Below, in pieces: positions 31,270 to 40,208 of a stretch of DNA of 40,208 bases; the stretch's first letter is position 1, and each line of letters starts with the position of its first letter. The stretch lies in sequence record QB023162.1. One strand, 5' to 3'. The notes under the pieces were generated by a model that was not told where the DNA came from, did not search any database, and saw only the letters and a program-made list of their open reading frames with translations. The position numbers and the translations under genes are program-made. Origin of the DNA: a phage.

Positions 31270-33852
31270 TTAACTAAAACCGTTGCTGAATCCGCCGGAG
31301 AAACCGCTACCGAAAGGTGCGACGCCGTCGTATTTGTAGAAATCTGCTTCGTAGTTAATCCCAGTAATCTTAACCGTTCTGTCGTCTCCTGGGTCAACTG
31401 TGGAAACAAGAATCATCTGAGCATTATGCCTTGCTTCGTTGCCGAATGAAAACTCAGTTTTTAGCGCGCTATTACCAGTATAAATTGCTTCCTGCGGTGC
31501 CGATAACATAACCACTTCACGGTCGTGACTTCCAGGCACAACGGCAACACTTTGAACTCCGCCGTCTCGCCTCTTAAGGATGAGTGAATGGTCATCTCCG
31601 GGGGTAAATGTAACTGGTTGCGATAGCGTAAGCGTCAGGCCGTTAACGGCGATTATATAGCCATCTTGAGGGGCCATGCGGGAACCTTTCACCACACTTA
31701 CAGCACGTCCTGGCATCGCAAAAATCCCTTCTTCTGTTGCTGTGAAAGACACAGTTACCTTCTTCAACAGGTTTTTCTGGTAGCGGCGGTATGCGGCCCA
31801 GTACGCCTGTCTATAATTTCTAATCCCTTTAGAGTCATACGTTTCAGTATTAACTCCTCCTTCTGCTGGTATGCTGATAGTCTCTTTTACGTTGGTATCT
31901 GGGTCAATGTAGGAGAACTTGAGACTATCGTATACCTGAGCGTCGTTGAATGTACGTGTCCACTTCTCCGAAGCTGTGGTTTTACTACGATGCGTGAATA
32001 CCATCTCAGGGCCGATGCGAGGGCGCTCGAAGTCCAGAAGAATATCAGCGCCTCTGCGGTATGGGGTGCAGAAAATTGCTTCCGCTATCGTAGTTACTAT
32101 GTCCTGCATAGTGGTTTTATAGTCATCAAACGTATAGCAAAACTCTCCTGCGGATGTGCTGCCGAAATAACTTTCAATTTCGTTCTGCACGGCCAGCAGT
32201 TTATCCATATTTGTCGTTGTCAGGTTCAGTGCGCCAACTTCCGGGTCTCTGGCGAGGCGAATGAGGGACTGGGTGGCCTTCGTGTTCGGCGTGCGAACTG
32301 TGTCGAAAACTCCGTTACCGAGGTACTTAAATACCATCTCTGTTACCACCATGCGCAACTGAGGTTGTTTAACCTCCGCCGCTCGTGGTGTCTGTTTACG
32401 CGCGGAATGCACTGTCGTTCGGTTACCGTAGTGTGGGGTTCGGTCGACTAATTGCCCGTAAAGATTTATATAGGCCACTTCATCGACTACTGTACCCTCA
32501 AAATCAAGGTCCAGATTGGTGACACGACGCGCTCTCACTCTTACACGTGATACGGACGGCAGGTCCGCATATATAGTAGCCCCAGTATAATCGGCGGACC
32601 TTCCGGAAACTGTCCCTTGTTTAGTGTAAACAGGGCCGTAAGCGCTTCCCGTTTCATCTAAAAGCTGATATTGCAGTTCTACGGTAACCGCGGCCCTTGA
32701 TTTATTGTCCCCATTGTCTTTGTACATGCCGTTCGTAGCGCCAATGTTGGCCACGATTCTTTCTACTGCAATTCTGTTTATAGCAACCCAATCGGTGAGG
32801 CTGGCCGAGGTGGTATCTAGCGGGCCTATAGTTGACTCTGGCTCATTAGATTGTATTTTATAGCCGCCCACAGGCAACTTCTGCCATTGAGATAGTGCCG
32901 GTGTGGCATCTACCCTAATCTCCGTCTCGCTTACAGAAATGCATGTGTAATTCCCATCAAGAATGGCGTCCGTTGCTGGGTTTGGGCTGCCGGATACCCA
33001 GCAATGTATACCGATGAATTTAACGGCCATACCCACTTTGATAAAGTCACTAAACCCGGCGTCCCCAGTTGGGTCAGTTACTATGCCAGTTGTTCCCTCC
33101 AGTTTCGCAATAGATAGTTCTCTCGTTACAGGCGACGCAAGGTCGTTAGGCGCTTTCAGCACCACACCGTCCACTTCATTGGACGCAACAGTGATGTAAA
33201 GCCCTTGTGTAATGGGGCCTCCGACCATTAATTGTGGGGCGTTTGTGTTGTTCGGAGAGGTGTACGGAGCGTACACCGCCACAGACGTGCCGGTTATATC
33301 CCGGACCTTAGTATCGCCGTCGGTGATGTCTTCTGCTTTAACGTCAAGATACCCGCGCCCCGCATCATAATAACCGTACTCGATGATGCGACCAGCGTCA
33401 TTGAAGACTTTATATGTAGTCATAAGGTTATTAGGTATTGTCTGCACCCTGCCGCAGATGTCATAAGTTCGCTCGTAAGGGCGAGCCTTGTTATTTCGGT
33501 CTGTCAGACTGTTGTTCGGTGAGTCCGCTTGCTGGTTAGCAAGATTGTTAGACGCGCCCTTCGTTGACGGTGTGAGTAATTTAGCTAGCGGTTTAAGGAT
33601 GATGCTGAACACTTTCATCACACCCTTGATAGCACCGCCACCAGCACCTTCCAGGACGTGAAAAACGGCATCCTGTTTTAATGCGTCAAAATCTTCTGTT
33701 ACGTCGTTATCCTCTCCTATCTCTTCGAGGAAAACGCGAAACGGCACACCGTCAGGGATATGGTTTACGACGAAATTAAGCGGCGAGTCGTTATGCCGTT
33801 TTTGTGAGAACGTCCCGTCTTCATTGCGGGTGTAGTGGATGACTATCGCCAA
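31270..33852 (-). CDS. central tail fiber / host specificity protein (J-like), TTG start as listed
   Basis: 860 aa immediately downstream of the K-like NlpC/P60 gene; start codon uncertain (TTG 33852, overlapping the upstream stop). Confidence 0.45.
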   Translation of the reverse strand: MAIVIHYTRNEDGTFSQKRHNDSPLNFVVNHIPDGVPFRVFLEEIGEDNDVTEDFDALKQDAVFHVLEGAGGGAIKGVMKVFSIILKPLAKLLTPSTKGASNNLANQQADSPNNSLTDRNNKARPYERTYDICGRVQTIPNNLMTTYKVFNDAGRIIEYGYYDAGRGYLDVKAEDITDGDTKVRDITGTSVAVYAPYTSPNNTNAPQLMVGGPITQGLYITVASNEVDGVVLKAPNDLASPVTRELSIAKLEGTTGIVTDPTGDAGFSDFIKVGMAVKFIGIHCWVSGSPNPATDAILDGNYTCISVSETEIRVDATPALSQWQKLPVGGYKIQSNEPESTIGPLDTTSASLTDWVAINRIAVERIVANIGATNGMYKDNGDNKSRAAVTVELQYQLLDETGSAYGPVYTKQGTVSGRSADYTGATIYADLPSVSRVRVRARRVTNLDLDFEGTVVDEVAYINLYGQLVDRTPHYGNRTTVHSARKQTPRAAEVKQPQLRMVVTEMVFKYLGNGVFDTVRTPNTKATQSLIRLARDPEVGALNLTTTNMDKLLAVQNEIESYFGSTSAGEFCYTFDDYKTTMQDIVTTIAEAIFCTPYRRGADILLDFERPRIGPEMVFTHRSKTTASEKWTRTFNDAQVYDSLKFSYIDPDTNVKETISIPAEGGVNTETYDSKGIRNYRQAYWAAYRRYQKNLLKKVTVSFTATEEGIFAMPGRAVSVVKGSRMAPQDGYIIAVNGLTLTLSQPVTFTPGDDHSLILKRRDGGVQSVAVVPGSHDREVVMLSAPQEAIYTGNSALKTEFSFGNEARHNAQMILVSTVDPGDDRTVKITGINYEADFYKYDGVAPFGSGFSGGFSNGFS

Positions 33853-34208
33853 AATTCAATCTCCTGATATGTGTCGCGTAAATCGTCCAGGCGGTCGAGG
33901 CGCACTTGTCTGGACGCTAACTCGCAGTGGCTTACCATACCGTCATAATACACGCCAGCGTGCCACACTACACGCCCCCTGTGATAAGTACCAAGCAACA
34001 CGGCATCGTAATTCTGCGGACTGGCGGCTCGTTCCAGACCTTTAGGGTTGGAGTGGCCCGCGTCAAACGCCGCGTCTATAGCCGTCGGGGATGTTACGTC
34101 GAAAGCTGGCGTATATAGGCCAACATCGCCGCGCACCCTGCGCACGTGATGCCAGCAGTTATAACGACGGAAGTCATAAGGGGTGCCCGTATAATCGGTG
34201 ATACTCAT
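33843..34208 (-). CDS. tail assembly protein, NlpC/P60-family (lambda K-like), start ATG 34208
   Basis: Cys-His motif RYNCWHHV typical of NlpC/P60 peptidases; ATGA coupling to the upstream L-like gene; the table ORF 33843..34361 is an over-extension. Confidence 0.55.
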   Translation of the reverse strand: MSITDYTGTPYDFRRYNCWHHVRRVRGDVGLYTPAFDVTSPTAIDAAFDAGHSNPKGLERAASPQNYDAVLLGTYHRGRVVWHAGVYYDGMVSHCELASRQVRLDRLDDLRDTYQEIEFWR

Positions 34209-34720
34209 GACAAGAGTACCCCACGCAACAGCGGTATTTCTTCCGGTGTCATCAGGATTCCGGTCTGCCGTTGGTTGAGCATAGGCGTTCCGGTCTCTGC
34301 GGTGAACACGCCTTTCTCTTGTGTCAACGTCTGCAACTCGTATACCACTGGGCCGTCGCACGGGTACGACAGGTCTGTGCTTACGTAGCGCCGGAATATA
34401 AATTTAGGTAACTCCGTATTGCTATACGGGATGCGATCCATCTCTTCATCAAGAATGTTAAGGACATCCGGCAGCGAGAATGATGCTGTCTGGTCCATAT
34501 CATTATTGTTCGCGGCGTTCTTGGCGTCCATAGGCGTGGCCTCGAACGTAACAGTTTCGCCAGTTTCAAGTGTAGCGGTAAGGTCAGACGTACCGCGCAC
34601 AAGTAACCACCGCTTTGAGAGAAGCGGATGCGTTATTTCGAGCGTAATGTAGTCCAGTTCGCCGTCTGGGTTAGAGGCCAACTTACGGCGATAGGCTGCT
34701 TCTACTGATTCCTGGCTCAT
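34205..34720 (-). CDS. minor tail protein (L-like by position)
   Basis: 171 aa between M-like and K-like genes in lambda tail-tip order. Confidence 0.4.
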   Translation of the reverse strand: MSQESVEAAYRRKLASNPDGELDYITLEITHPLLSKRWLLVRGTSDLTATLETGETVTFEATPMDAKNAANNNDMDQTASFSLPDVLNILDEEMDRIPYSNTELPKFIFRRYVSTDLSYPCDGPVVYELQTLTQEKGVFTAETGTPMLNQRQTGILMTPEEIPLLRGVLLS

Positions 34721-34723
34721 AAA

Positions 34724-36106
34724 TTAACCGTCCACATTAAAGTCGATACGAGTGATATATTTACTACCCCACGCAGAATCGGCCTGCGAGATAGTCGCGT
34801 AACCGTCAACCGCTGGAACGTTTACTACAGAGCCGTCTGAATAGGTAATGCCGATACTGGTTGCCTCACCCATTGCTACTTTTGCCCTGGCGGCGGTACG
34901 GTTGGCGGGAGTGGTAGGGGTGGCAATATACGAGGTGTTAAGGCTTCCGACCTCTAATTGCATCATTTGAGCCTTAAATACCGTCCCTACCGGAATCATG
35001 TCGTCGCCGCCTGTCGCAAATCTACATCGTACTTGCAGTAAGTACACATCGTCAGACGGGGCTGTAAATGTTGCATTAAATCTTATGTAACCATCACTAT
35101 CTCTTACAGCGTTTGCTGTAAAGTTGCTTGTGTGGACCTCGGTTCCGTTATCAAGTTTTATGTCGCAAGAATCACTATACGCCTCTGATTTTGCAACACG
35201 TAGACGTATTCGGCCGTAGTCACCGCCGACTCTCCCCGAGAATGTGACTTTATCCCCAGCGACCATTTGCTTCTCGTACGCTAAAAACTCTACGTCCTGC
35301 CGATTAGCCGCCACGACGGTGACAAAACCAGTTACAGCATTAGTAATACCGTCAGTTACTGCAGTAACTGACGCCTGTGCTGTGCGGTAAGGCCAAGCGG
35401 TGGGTGTGTTACTCTCGTTATAAAGGTTAACGCTGGCGTTTTCCGGCGGCACACGGCCTGCGGCAACTCCGTCAATAAATGTAAGAGGCCATTCATTAGC
35501 GGCGGACTGCACAAGATTGCCGTTTCGGTTGATGTAATAGACCTGTGGCCCGTCATACACAATGCGGCTATCAAGAGTCGACGCCAGAAGGTTAATCGGC
35601 GGGTATCCGGCAGGGCCTTCATTGCTCCAGATGCGCGGGAACGTCGTCTCGTAGTTCGCGTATATTTTCAGGAAACTACCCAGGCGATCCCCGTAACAAC
35701 CGTACAAATCGGGAAGATTCTTCGTAAGGCATGTATCTTCCTGGATAGCTGTTCTCTCTGCCGTAGCAGTGAACGTGATTACCCAGTTCTTACCGTCGTC
35801 GGTGCTATCACTAATCGTCGATGTGATGAGTATCTGGTGGTCCTCAATACCCATACCTGTATCATGCGGCATGATAAACGAGGACGCCCCGCCGTCGATG
35901 TTGTTCAGGAAGCTATAAAACGCCTGACGCCCGAGAGACGACACGACGAGCGTCACACTAATCGGCACCGGTTCGAAGTACGTGTCTCGCCCCTGGCGCG
36001 GCAAGCCGCCCTGAACCTCGGTGCGCCAGATATTACTCCCCCTGGTCTGGGAGTACCCCTTCGACACTATCGGGCGAAGGGACATAGGGAATCTCAAATC
36101 ACTCAT
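34724..36106 (-). CDS. minor tail protein M-like N-terminal domain with about 340-aa C-terminal extension
   Basis: N-terminus (GYSQT...SVTL...FLNNIDGG) resembles recalled lambda gpM (GYSQR...SVTLS...FLEEHGG); directly downstream of the tape measure gene. Confidence 0.45.
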   Translation of the reverse strand: MSDLRFPMSLRPIVSKGYSQTRGSNIWRTEVQGGLPRQGRDTYFEPVPISVTLVVSSLGRQAFYSFLNNIDGGASSFIMPHDTGMGIEDHQILITSTISDSTDDGKNWVITFTATAERTAIQEDTCLTKNLPDLYGCYGDRLGSFLKIYANYETTFPRIWSNEGPAGYPPINLLASTLDSRIVYDGPQVYYINRNGNLVQSAANEWPLTFIDGVAAGRVPPENASVNLYNESNTPTAWPYRTAQASVTAVTDGITNAVTGFVTVVAANRQDVEFLAYEKQMVAGDKVTFSGRVGGDYGRIRLRVAKSEAYSDSCDIKLDNGTEVHTSNFTANAVRDSDGYIRFNATFTAPSDDVYLLQVRCRFATGGDDMIPVGTVFKAQMMQLEVGSLNTSYIATPTTPANRTAARAKVAMGEATSIGITYSDGSVVNVPAVDGYATISQADSAWGSKYITRIDFNVDG

Positions 36107-36109
36107 TAA

Positions 36110-38419
36110 TTAATACCCCGGCTGACCGCGGGTAGCGCGGCGAGCTTTAGAAATCGGCGAGTTGTTATCCTGTAACTGCGACGCTACTGTTTCACTGATT
36201 ATAATACGTAATCGCCCTTCGTCATCACGTTCTGTTACAGCAGAATCTACGCGCCCGGTGGTGTTGTTGACTATGGTTACATTGTCTCCGCCGGACGTGC
36301 TGCCGTTTTGGCCCATAATCTCTTTCATCTGCTGCGCGGTGCGCACACGCGATGCTCCCGCTGGCATGATAACTTCTGGTTTACCGCGCTCAGCGATGGT
36401 GGAAGCCTGTCCCGCGGATAACTGACCGCCCTGCTCACGCGCTGACCGGATTTTGGCGATATTAGCCAGCCCCGCAGCAACGGCAGTAGCTGCGGCAACC
36501 GGCGCCAGGAATGGGCCAACAACAGGGATCGCAGCCGTTGCCTTATATGCCTCAATAGCCGATGTGTACGTGGCGATAGTGGCCTGCGCAATAGCAAACG
36601 CTTTATACGCGGTGGACGCCTCGCCAAATGCTGTTTTAGCATTAGCCGCCATGTCTCCGAAAGAACTACCTAAAGCATCGGCGCGCTTCGTGGCATACTG
36701 CTCATTGATAGCGTTAAGCGCCGCCTGATACTGTTCCTCATTAATCAGCCCCTGCTCACGGTACTTATCCGCTACCGCCAGTTTCTGCTGCTCCTGGATG
36801 TCGAGAAGCTCAAGCTCGGCGGCATTCTGACCCATAATCTGAGCCATGAAGTCGTCGCCTTTCTGCTGCTTTTCCTGGGCTTCTTTTCTTTTCTTATCTA
36901 GTTCTTCCTGTCTGGCCTGCTCGGCAGATAGCATAATCTGAGTTTTTGCGTTTTCGTATTGCTGCTGACTTATCGTTCCTGCGCGGTTGAACTCTTCAAG
37001 TTTCGCCAGTTTCTGTTCTTCCGCCGCTGTAATACGTGAAATTTCGTCTCCAGTAGTGCGGTCGACAGTAGCGAGGAAATCTTCCGCTGCTTTTTTCTGA
37101 CGTTCAGCCGCCGTTTCTTCACGTTTGGCCTGCGCCGCCAGACGTTTCTCGTTCGATTTAGCCTCGCGGTCTGCCTTCTCTTTCTCGGTCTTGTCAATGC
37201 GAGCTATGTCTTGCTGCGCTTCCGCGTCACGGGCGGCGTTATACGCGGCTATCTGTTCTTTGGTGACAGCTTCACGTTTAGCGAACGCCTGCTTATCCAG
37301 TTCAGCCTGCGCCCGGATGCGCTCACGGTCGCTTAAGATGGCGATTTGCTGATTCTTGACGATAGCTTCGTTCTGTTCCTGGAATCTCTGCGTGGTTGAG
37401 TTAACGTTACGACCAAGATTCTTTTGGGCCTCTGCCGCCGCGTTTGCTGACTTCTCCGCGTTCTCCAGTGCTGTGGCGTTCTTGTTGGCGTTGTCCGTCA
37501 GGCGGATAAGTTCCGGGTTCAACTGTTTTGTGTTGCCCAGCCAGTCGGTAAACACATCGGCGATGCGACGGGCATTCTCAGCGGTCGGCTCTTTATTAAA
37601 CGCGCTCTGCGCCGCTATCATCTCCAGCGCCTGGTCACGGTTAACCCCGAACTTACTGCTAAGCTCTGCGATATTCTGCGCCAGCATGTTGACGCCTACG
37701 ATGTTACCCTCGTAAGTGCCACCGAGTTTTTCTAACGTGTCGCCTACATCCGCACCTTTAGAGACCAATGCATCGTACTGGCTGATAGCTGATGCTGTGG
37801 ATGCCTTCCATGTCTCCCATGATTCTGCGTCCTCACGAACAGCTTTAGCTGTTTGCTGTGCGATAAGGTCCGCGTTAGCCTTAGCCAGCGCAAGCTGAGT
37901 CTCCGCCGCTTCTCTGCTGATTTGGGTAAGCTGGATAAGGCCGTCTGTCAGTTCGAGAGAGCCGGACGCCGTTTGCTGGAAAGTATCTTTTAACTGTTTC
38001 TGTGCGGCTTCCAGGTCTTTTGAGCTACCCTCAGCCTCAGTTAATGATTTGTAAAGAACGCCACCAACCGCTGACGCTAGCGCGATTACAGCCCCAAGCA
38101 CCGCACCACCGGGGCCGAAAGCACCCGCAAGCTGCGAACCTTGCTGACCGATTGCCACAAATGCCGACGTACCGGATTGCAGCTGGACAACCATGTCCTG
38201 CACCTGGAAGCCAACCTGCCCGGCGGCGTTACGGAACTTAGCGAAACCGTCAGAGGCTGCTTTAGAGGTAGCTGTGTTAACTTTATTGACATCCGGAGTC
38301 AGCTTGTTTACTGCGGTATCCGCCCGGTCTGCGGATGCCGCCATAGCGTCAAGCTGTTTGGCGGCTACGTCAGCGCCTTCTGTTTTTACTCTGGCAATTA
38401 GGGAAGCCGTATCAGCCAT
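36110..38419 (-). CDS. tail tape measure protein (start ATG 38419; table start is TTG 38434)
   Basis: About 769 aa, Ala/Gln/Glu/Lys-rich coiled coil; downstream of the chaperone pair; SD GAGGG before ATG 38419. Confidence 0.8.
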   Translation of the reverse strand: MADTASLIARVKTEGADVAAKQLDAMAASADRADTAVNKLTPDVNKVNTATSKAASDGFAKFRNAAGQVGFQVQDMVVQLQSGTSAFVAIGQQGSQLAGAFGPGGAVLGAVIALASAVGGVLYKSLTEAEGSSKDLEAAQKQLKDTFQQTASGSLELTDGLIQLTQISREAAETQLALAKANADLIAQQTAKAVREDAESWETWKASTASAISQYDALVSKGADVGDTLEKLGGTYEGNIVGVNMLAQNIAELSSKFGVNRDQALEMIAAQSAFNKEPTAENARRIADVFTDWLGNTKQLNPELIRLTDNANKNATALENAEKSANAAAEAQKNLGRNVNSTTQRFQEQNEAIVKNQQIAILSDRERIRAQAELDKQAFAKREAVTKEQIAAYNAARDAEAQQDIARIDKTEKEKADREAKSNEKRLAAQAKREETAAERQKKAAEDFLATVDRTTGDEISRITAAEEQKLAKLEEFNRAGTISQQQYENAKTQIMLSAEQARQEELDKKRKEAQEKQQKGDDFMAQIMGQNAAELELLDIQEQQKLAVADKYREQGLINEEQYQAALNAINEQYATKRADALGSSFGDMAANAKTAFGEASTAYKAFAIAQATIATYTSAIEAYKATAAIPVVGPFLAPVAAATAVAAGLANIAKIRSAREQGGQLSAGQASTIAERGKPEVIMPAGASRVRTAQQMKEIMGQNGSTSGGDNVTIVNNTTGRVDSAVTERDDEGRLRIIISETVASQLQDNNSPISKARRATRGQPGY

Positions 38420-39190
38420 CTTCTCTGCCCTCAAATATTCCGTCTAAGCCCATGATAACCTCGGCTTCGAACAAACTTATGCCGTAACCGGCGACATCAC
38501 GAAACGCTACCAAATCTTGCCATTTGAGCGCATCGCGCGGGATTATGACGATAGTATCATCTGTTTCGCGCTGTAGGAATTTAATGGCGCGGTATTTCTC
38601 GAACACGTCGATAAGAGAAACGGGGCATTCAGGCCCCGTCGCTTCTTTCATCTGCGGTTCTTTAATCACGCCCATTGCAATCAAAGCCGCCTGGTGGCCT
38701 GCCGCTATGTCGTCGAATTGCTTACGTTTGTGGCGGTCGACAAAGCACCATTGCGCAAATTCATACAGCGCTTTTACTTTTCCGAGAGTTTCTCGCGACT
38801 GTCGGTGTGATGCTTAACTACGGCCTCCGCCAGCCCACTGTACTGGTCGAACAGGTTAGCCAGTGCCTCTTTGCTGAAAGGTTCGTCGAACGACCAACCG
38901 GTGACGATTTCAACGGCAAGCTGCTTGTTCAAGTCCACCACCCGCCAGCCCTTCTCATCGTTATAGCGCGCCCAGTTATTCAGCGCCTCGCACTCTTTAT
39001 CTAACGGCGCAAGTTCTTCCGTAAGGCGTCGAATTGCCGTTGTATAGGCCCGGCCAGCACGAACGCCAGCGTCACAATCAGGGCCGATGACTTGCAACCA
39101 TTCACCGGAATCTTTACCGCTAGGCAGAAGGATGGGCATTTTAGTGCCAGCAGCATGGCGGTCCGCAAAATAAAAATCAGAGAGTTTCAT
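38412..39190 (-). CDS. tail assembly chaperone G-T fusion product (predicted -1 programmed frameshift near 38777..38783)
   Basis: The -1 frame is open from 38813 through ORF 38412..38684; heptamer GGAAAAG sits at the last two codons of G just before its TAA; the arrangement matches the conserved G/GT pair upstream of tape measure genes. Confidence 0.4.
38774..39190 (-). CDS. tail assembly chaperone (G-like)
   Basis: 138 aa directly upstream of the tape measure gene, with an overlapping -1 frame extension. Confidence 0.55.
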   Translation of the reverse strand: MKLSDFYFADRHAAGTKMPILLPSGKDSGEWLQVIGPDCDAGVRAGRAYTTAIRRLTEELAPLDKECEALNNWARYNDEKGWRVVDLNKQLAVEIVTGWSFDEPFSKEALANLFDQYSGLAEAVVKHHTDSREKLSEK

Positions 39191-39297
39191 TATTTAATCC
39201 TTTGGTTAAGAGGTTACAAGTTAAGGTTGACGCGCCAGACGGGAACCACCCGCTTTTCGTGTGCGACACTAGGCGCAAACTTATTCTAACACACTAC

Positions 39298-39329
39298 TTG
39301 CGCACCCCAATATAATAGAGTACTATTCA
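39298..39329 (+). promoter_or_regulatory. class A promoter with operator copy O9
   Basis: TTGCGC (39298..39303), then TATAAT (39311..39316) fused to palindrome ATAATAG-AGTA-CTATTCA (39312..39329); 38 nt upstream of ATG 39355. Confidence 0.5.
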
Positions 39330-39354
39330 CCTGTAACTTACTGAGGAAATAATT

Positions 39355-39681
39355 ATGCGTAAATTAGTATTAGCTCTGGGGTTTATGTCTTTTGCCGCTT
39401 TTGGGTCCCCGTGCGAACAGGTATTTAGTGAATCTGTTCTTATGACTTCTGGTGTGCTCGATAAAGCCGACCCTACTATTGTAAAGGCATTTAAGGACTC
39501 TACCGTTCGCGAGTGTGAGGCTGCCGTAGGGGTTGGTAAATCGGGCCTGCCTCCGCAAGCCGTAACATACTCTGTAATACGTTCGGTAGAGAAAAACGGA
39601 GACGCGTTTTACAGCCTACTGACAGCCACCCGCCTGCAAATGGTTATGACCGGGTGGGCGATAGGTGCGGAAAGTAAATAG
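39355..39681 (+). CDS. small secreted/periplasmic protein (108 aa) with signal peptide
   Basis: N-terminus MRKLVLALGFMSFAAFG is a typical Sec signal; SD GAGGAA; first gene of the plus-strand island. Confidence 0.5.
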   Translation: MRKLVLALGFMSFAAFGSPCEQVFSESVLMTSGVLDKADPTIVKAFKDSTVRECEAAVGVGKSGLPPQAVTYSVIRSVEKNGDAFYSLLTATRLQMVMTGWAIGAESK

Positions 39682-39746
39682 TCGCCTTTATTTAAATGAA
39701 TGCACTGTGGTTAAATAGGACAAATCCTAAACACGAGGAAGTAAGC

Positions 39747-40208
39747 ATGGCCAGGAAGAAAATAACCGACGAACAGTTACAGGAAGAATTGAACGCCGGG
39801 GTGAAGAATATCGATATAGCCCGTAAATACGGCATCTCGGACCGCGTAATTCGCATCCGTAAAGCGAAGTTGGCTAAGAAAGGTGTGGGCCACGGGCGTG
39901 ATGTTAGCCATCTTGTGCCCGACGGCTACAAGATTAAAGGGACGTCATCCCTGGTGGACGAGTTCGGCAACACTAAGTTGCAATGGGTTAAGACCGACAC
40001 TGATGCCGAACGTCAGGTAGAGTTGATGAAAGCCGTAATCGAAGGCATGAAGTCAGAGATTACACCAGTCGCCCCTGTTAAAGCCGTTCGCGCCAAACGA
40101 GACGACAAGCTACTCAATCTTTACACTGTGTCTGATTTCCATCTCGGTATGCTGGCCTGGGCTGACGAGAGCGGCGACGACTGGGATATGAAGATTGCAG
40201 AAGACCTG
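39747..40208 (+). CDS. N-terminal part of an HTH-domain plus metallophosphoesterase protein, 3'-truncated by window edge
   Basis: SD GAGGAAG before ATG 39747; HTH-like NIDIARKYGISDRVIRIRKAK; phosphoesterase motif I SDFHLG near the window end; frame open to base 40208. Confidence 0.55.
   Translation, partial: MARKKITDEQLQEELNAGVKNIDIARKYGISDRVIRIRKAKLAKKGVGHGRDVSHLVPDGYKIKGTSSLVDEFGNTKLQWVKTDTDAERQVELMKAVIEGMKSEITPVAPVKAVRAKRDDKLLNLYTVSDFHLGMLAWADESGDDWDMKIAEDL

Noticed and set aside
36162-38447. Multiple alternative-frame ORFs on both strands within the tape measure gene
   Set aside because: Low-complexity Ala/Arg/Ser translations typical of out-of-frame reads of a GC-rich coiled-coil gene; no independent signals.
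38412-38684. ORF 38412..38684 as an independent 90-aa gene
   Set aside because: It starts with TTG, lacks an SD, and its frame is continuously open back into the end of the G chaperone gene; better explained as the frameshift extension.

Overview
The window reads as a near-complete, possibly entire and circularly permuted, genome of a lambda-like siphovirus of a Gram-negative (probably enterobacterial) host. All calls come from reading the sequence and ORF translations by eye; no database search was run. There are three blocks. (1) A leftward late module on the minus strand, 927..12371: TerS, TerL, portal, head morphogenesis, Rz/Rz1 spanins, scaffold, major capsid, connector and tail-completion genes, putative major tail protein. 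(2) A leftward block of small early genes, 12651..17890, containing the lysis cassette (TTG-start holin, second holin-like protein, P22 gp19-like endolysin). (3) A rightward replication module on the plus strand, 18385..29076: HTH regulator, primase/helicase, Cas4-like nuclease, SSB-like protein, family A DNA polymerase, VRR-NUC, SNF2 helicase. The remaining tail genes follow on the minus strand, 29113..39190: G/GT chaperone with a predicted -1 frameshift, tape measure, M/L/K/J-like tip proteins and a beta-helix tailspike. No integrase, tRNA or CRISPR array was seen, so the phage looks virulent. The strongest signal is an 18-bp palindrome, TGAATAG-N4-CTATT(A/C)(A/T), present in nine copies and overlapping the -10 element of two promoter classes, with a Cro-like XRE protein (21102..21317) as the obvious candidate binder. 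The most plausible accessory system is a plus-strand island at the window ends (39298..40208 and 1..929): secreted protein, HTH plus SbcD/Mre11-like metallophosphoesterase, 76-aa protein. It sits antisense between tail genes and appears split by the window boundary. Other antisense or out-of-place cassettes are a moron between portal and head-morphogenesis genes and the spanin pair lying away from the lysis cassette. The ORF table uses GTG/TTG starts, so several starts were moved to an SD-supported ATG, and about a dozen ORFs under 60 aa were added where start/stop coupling and SD sequences support them.
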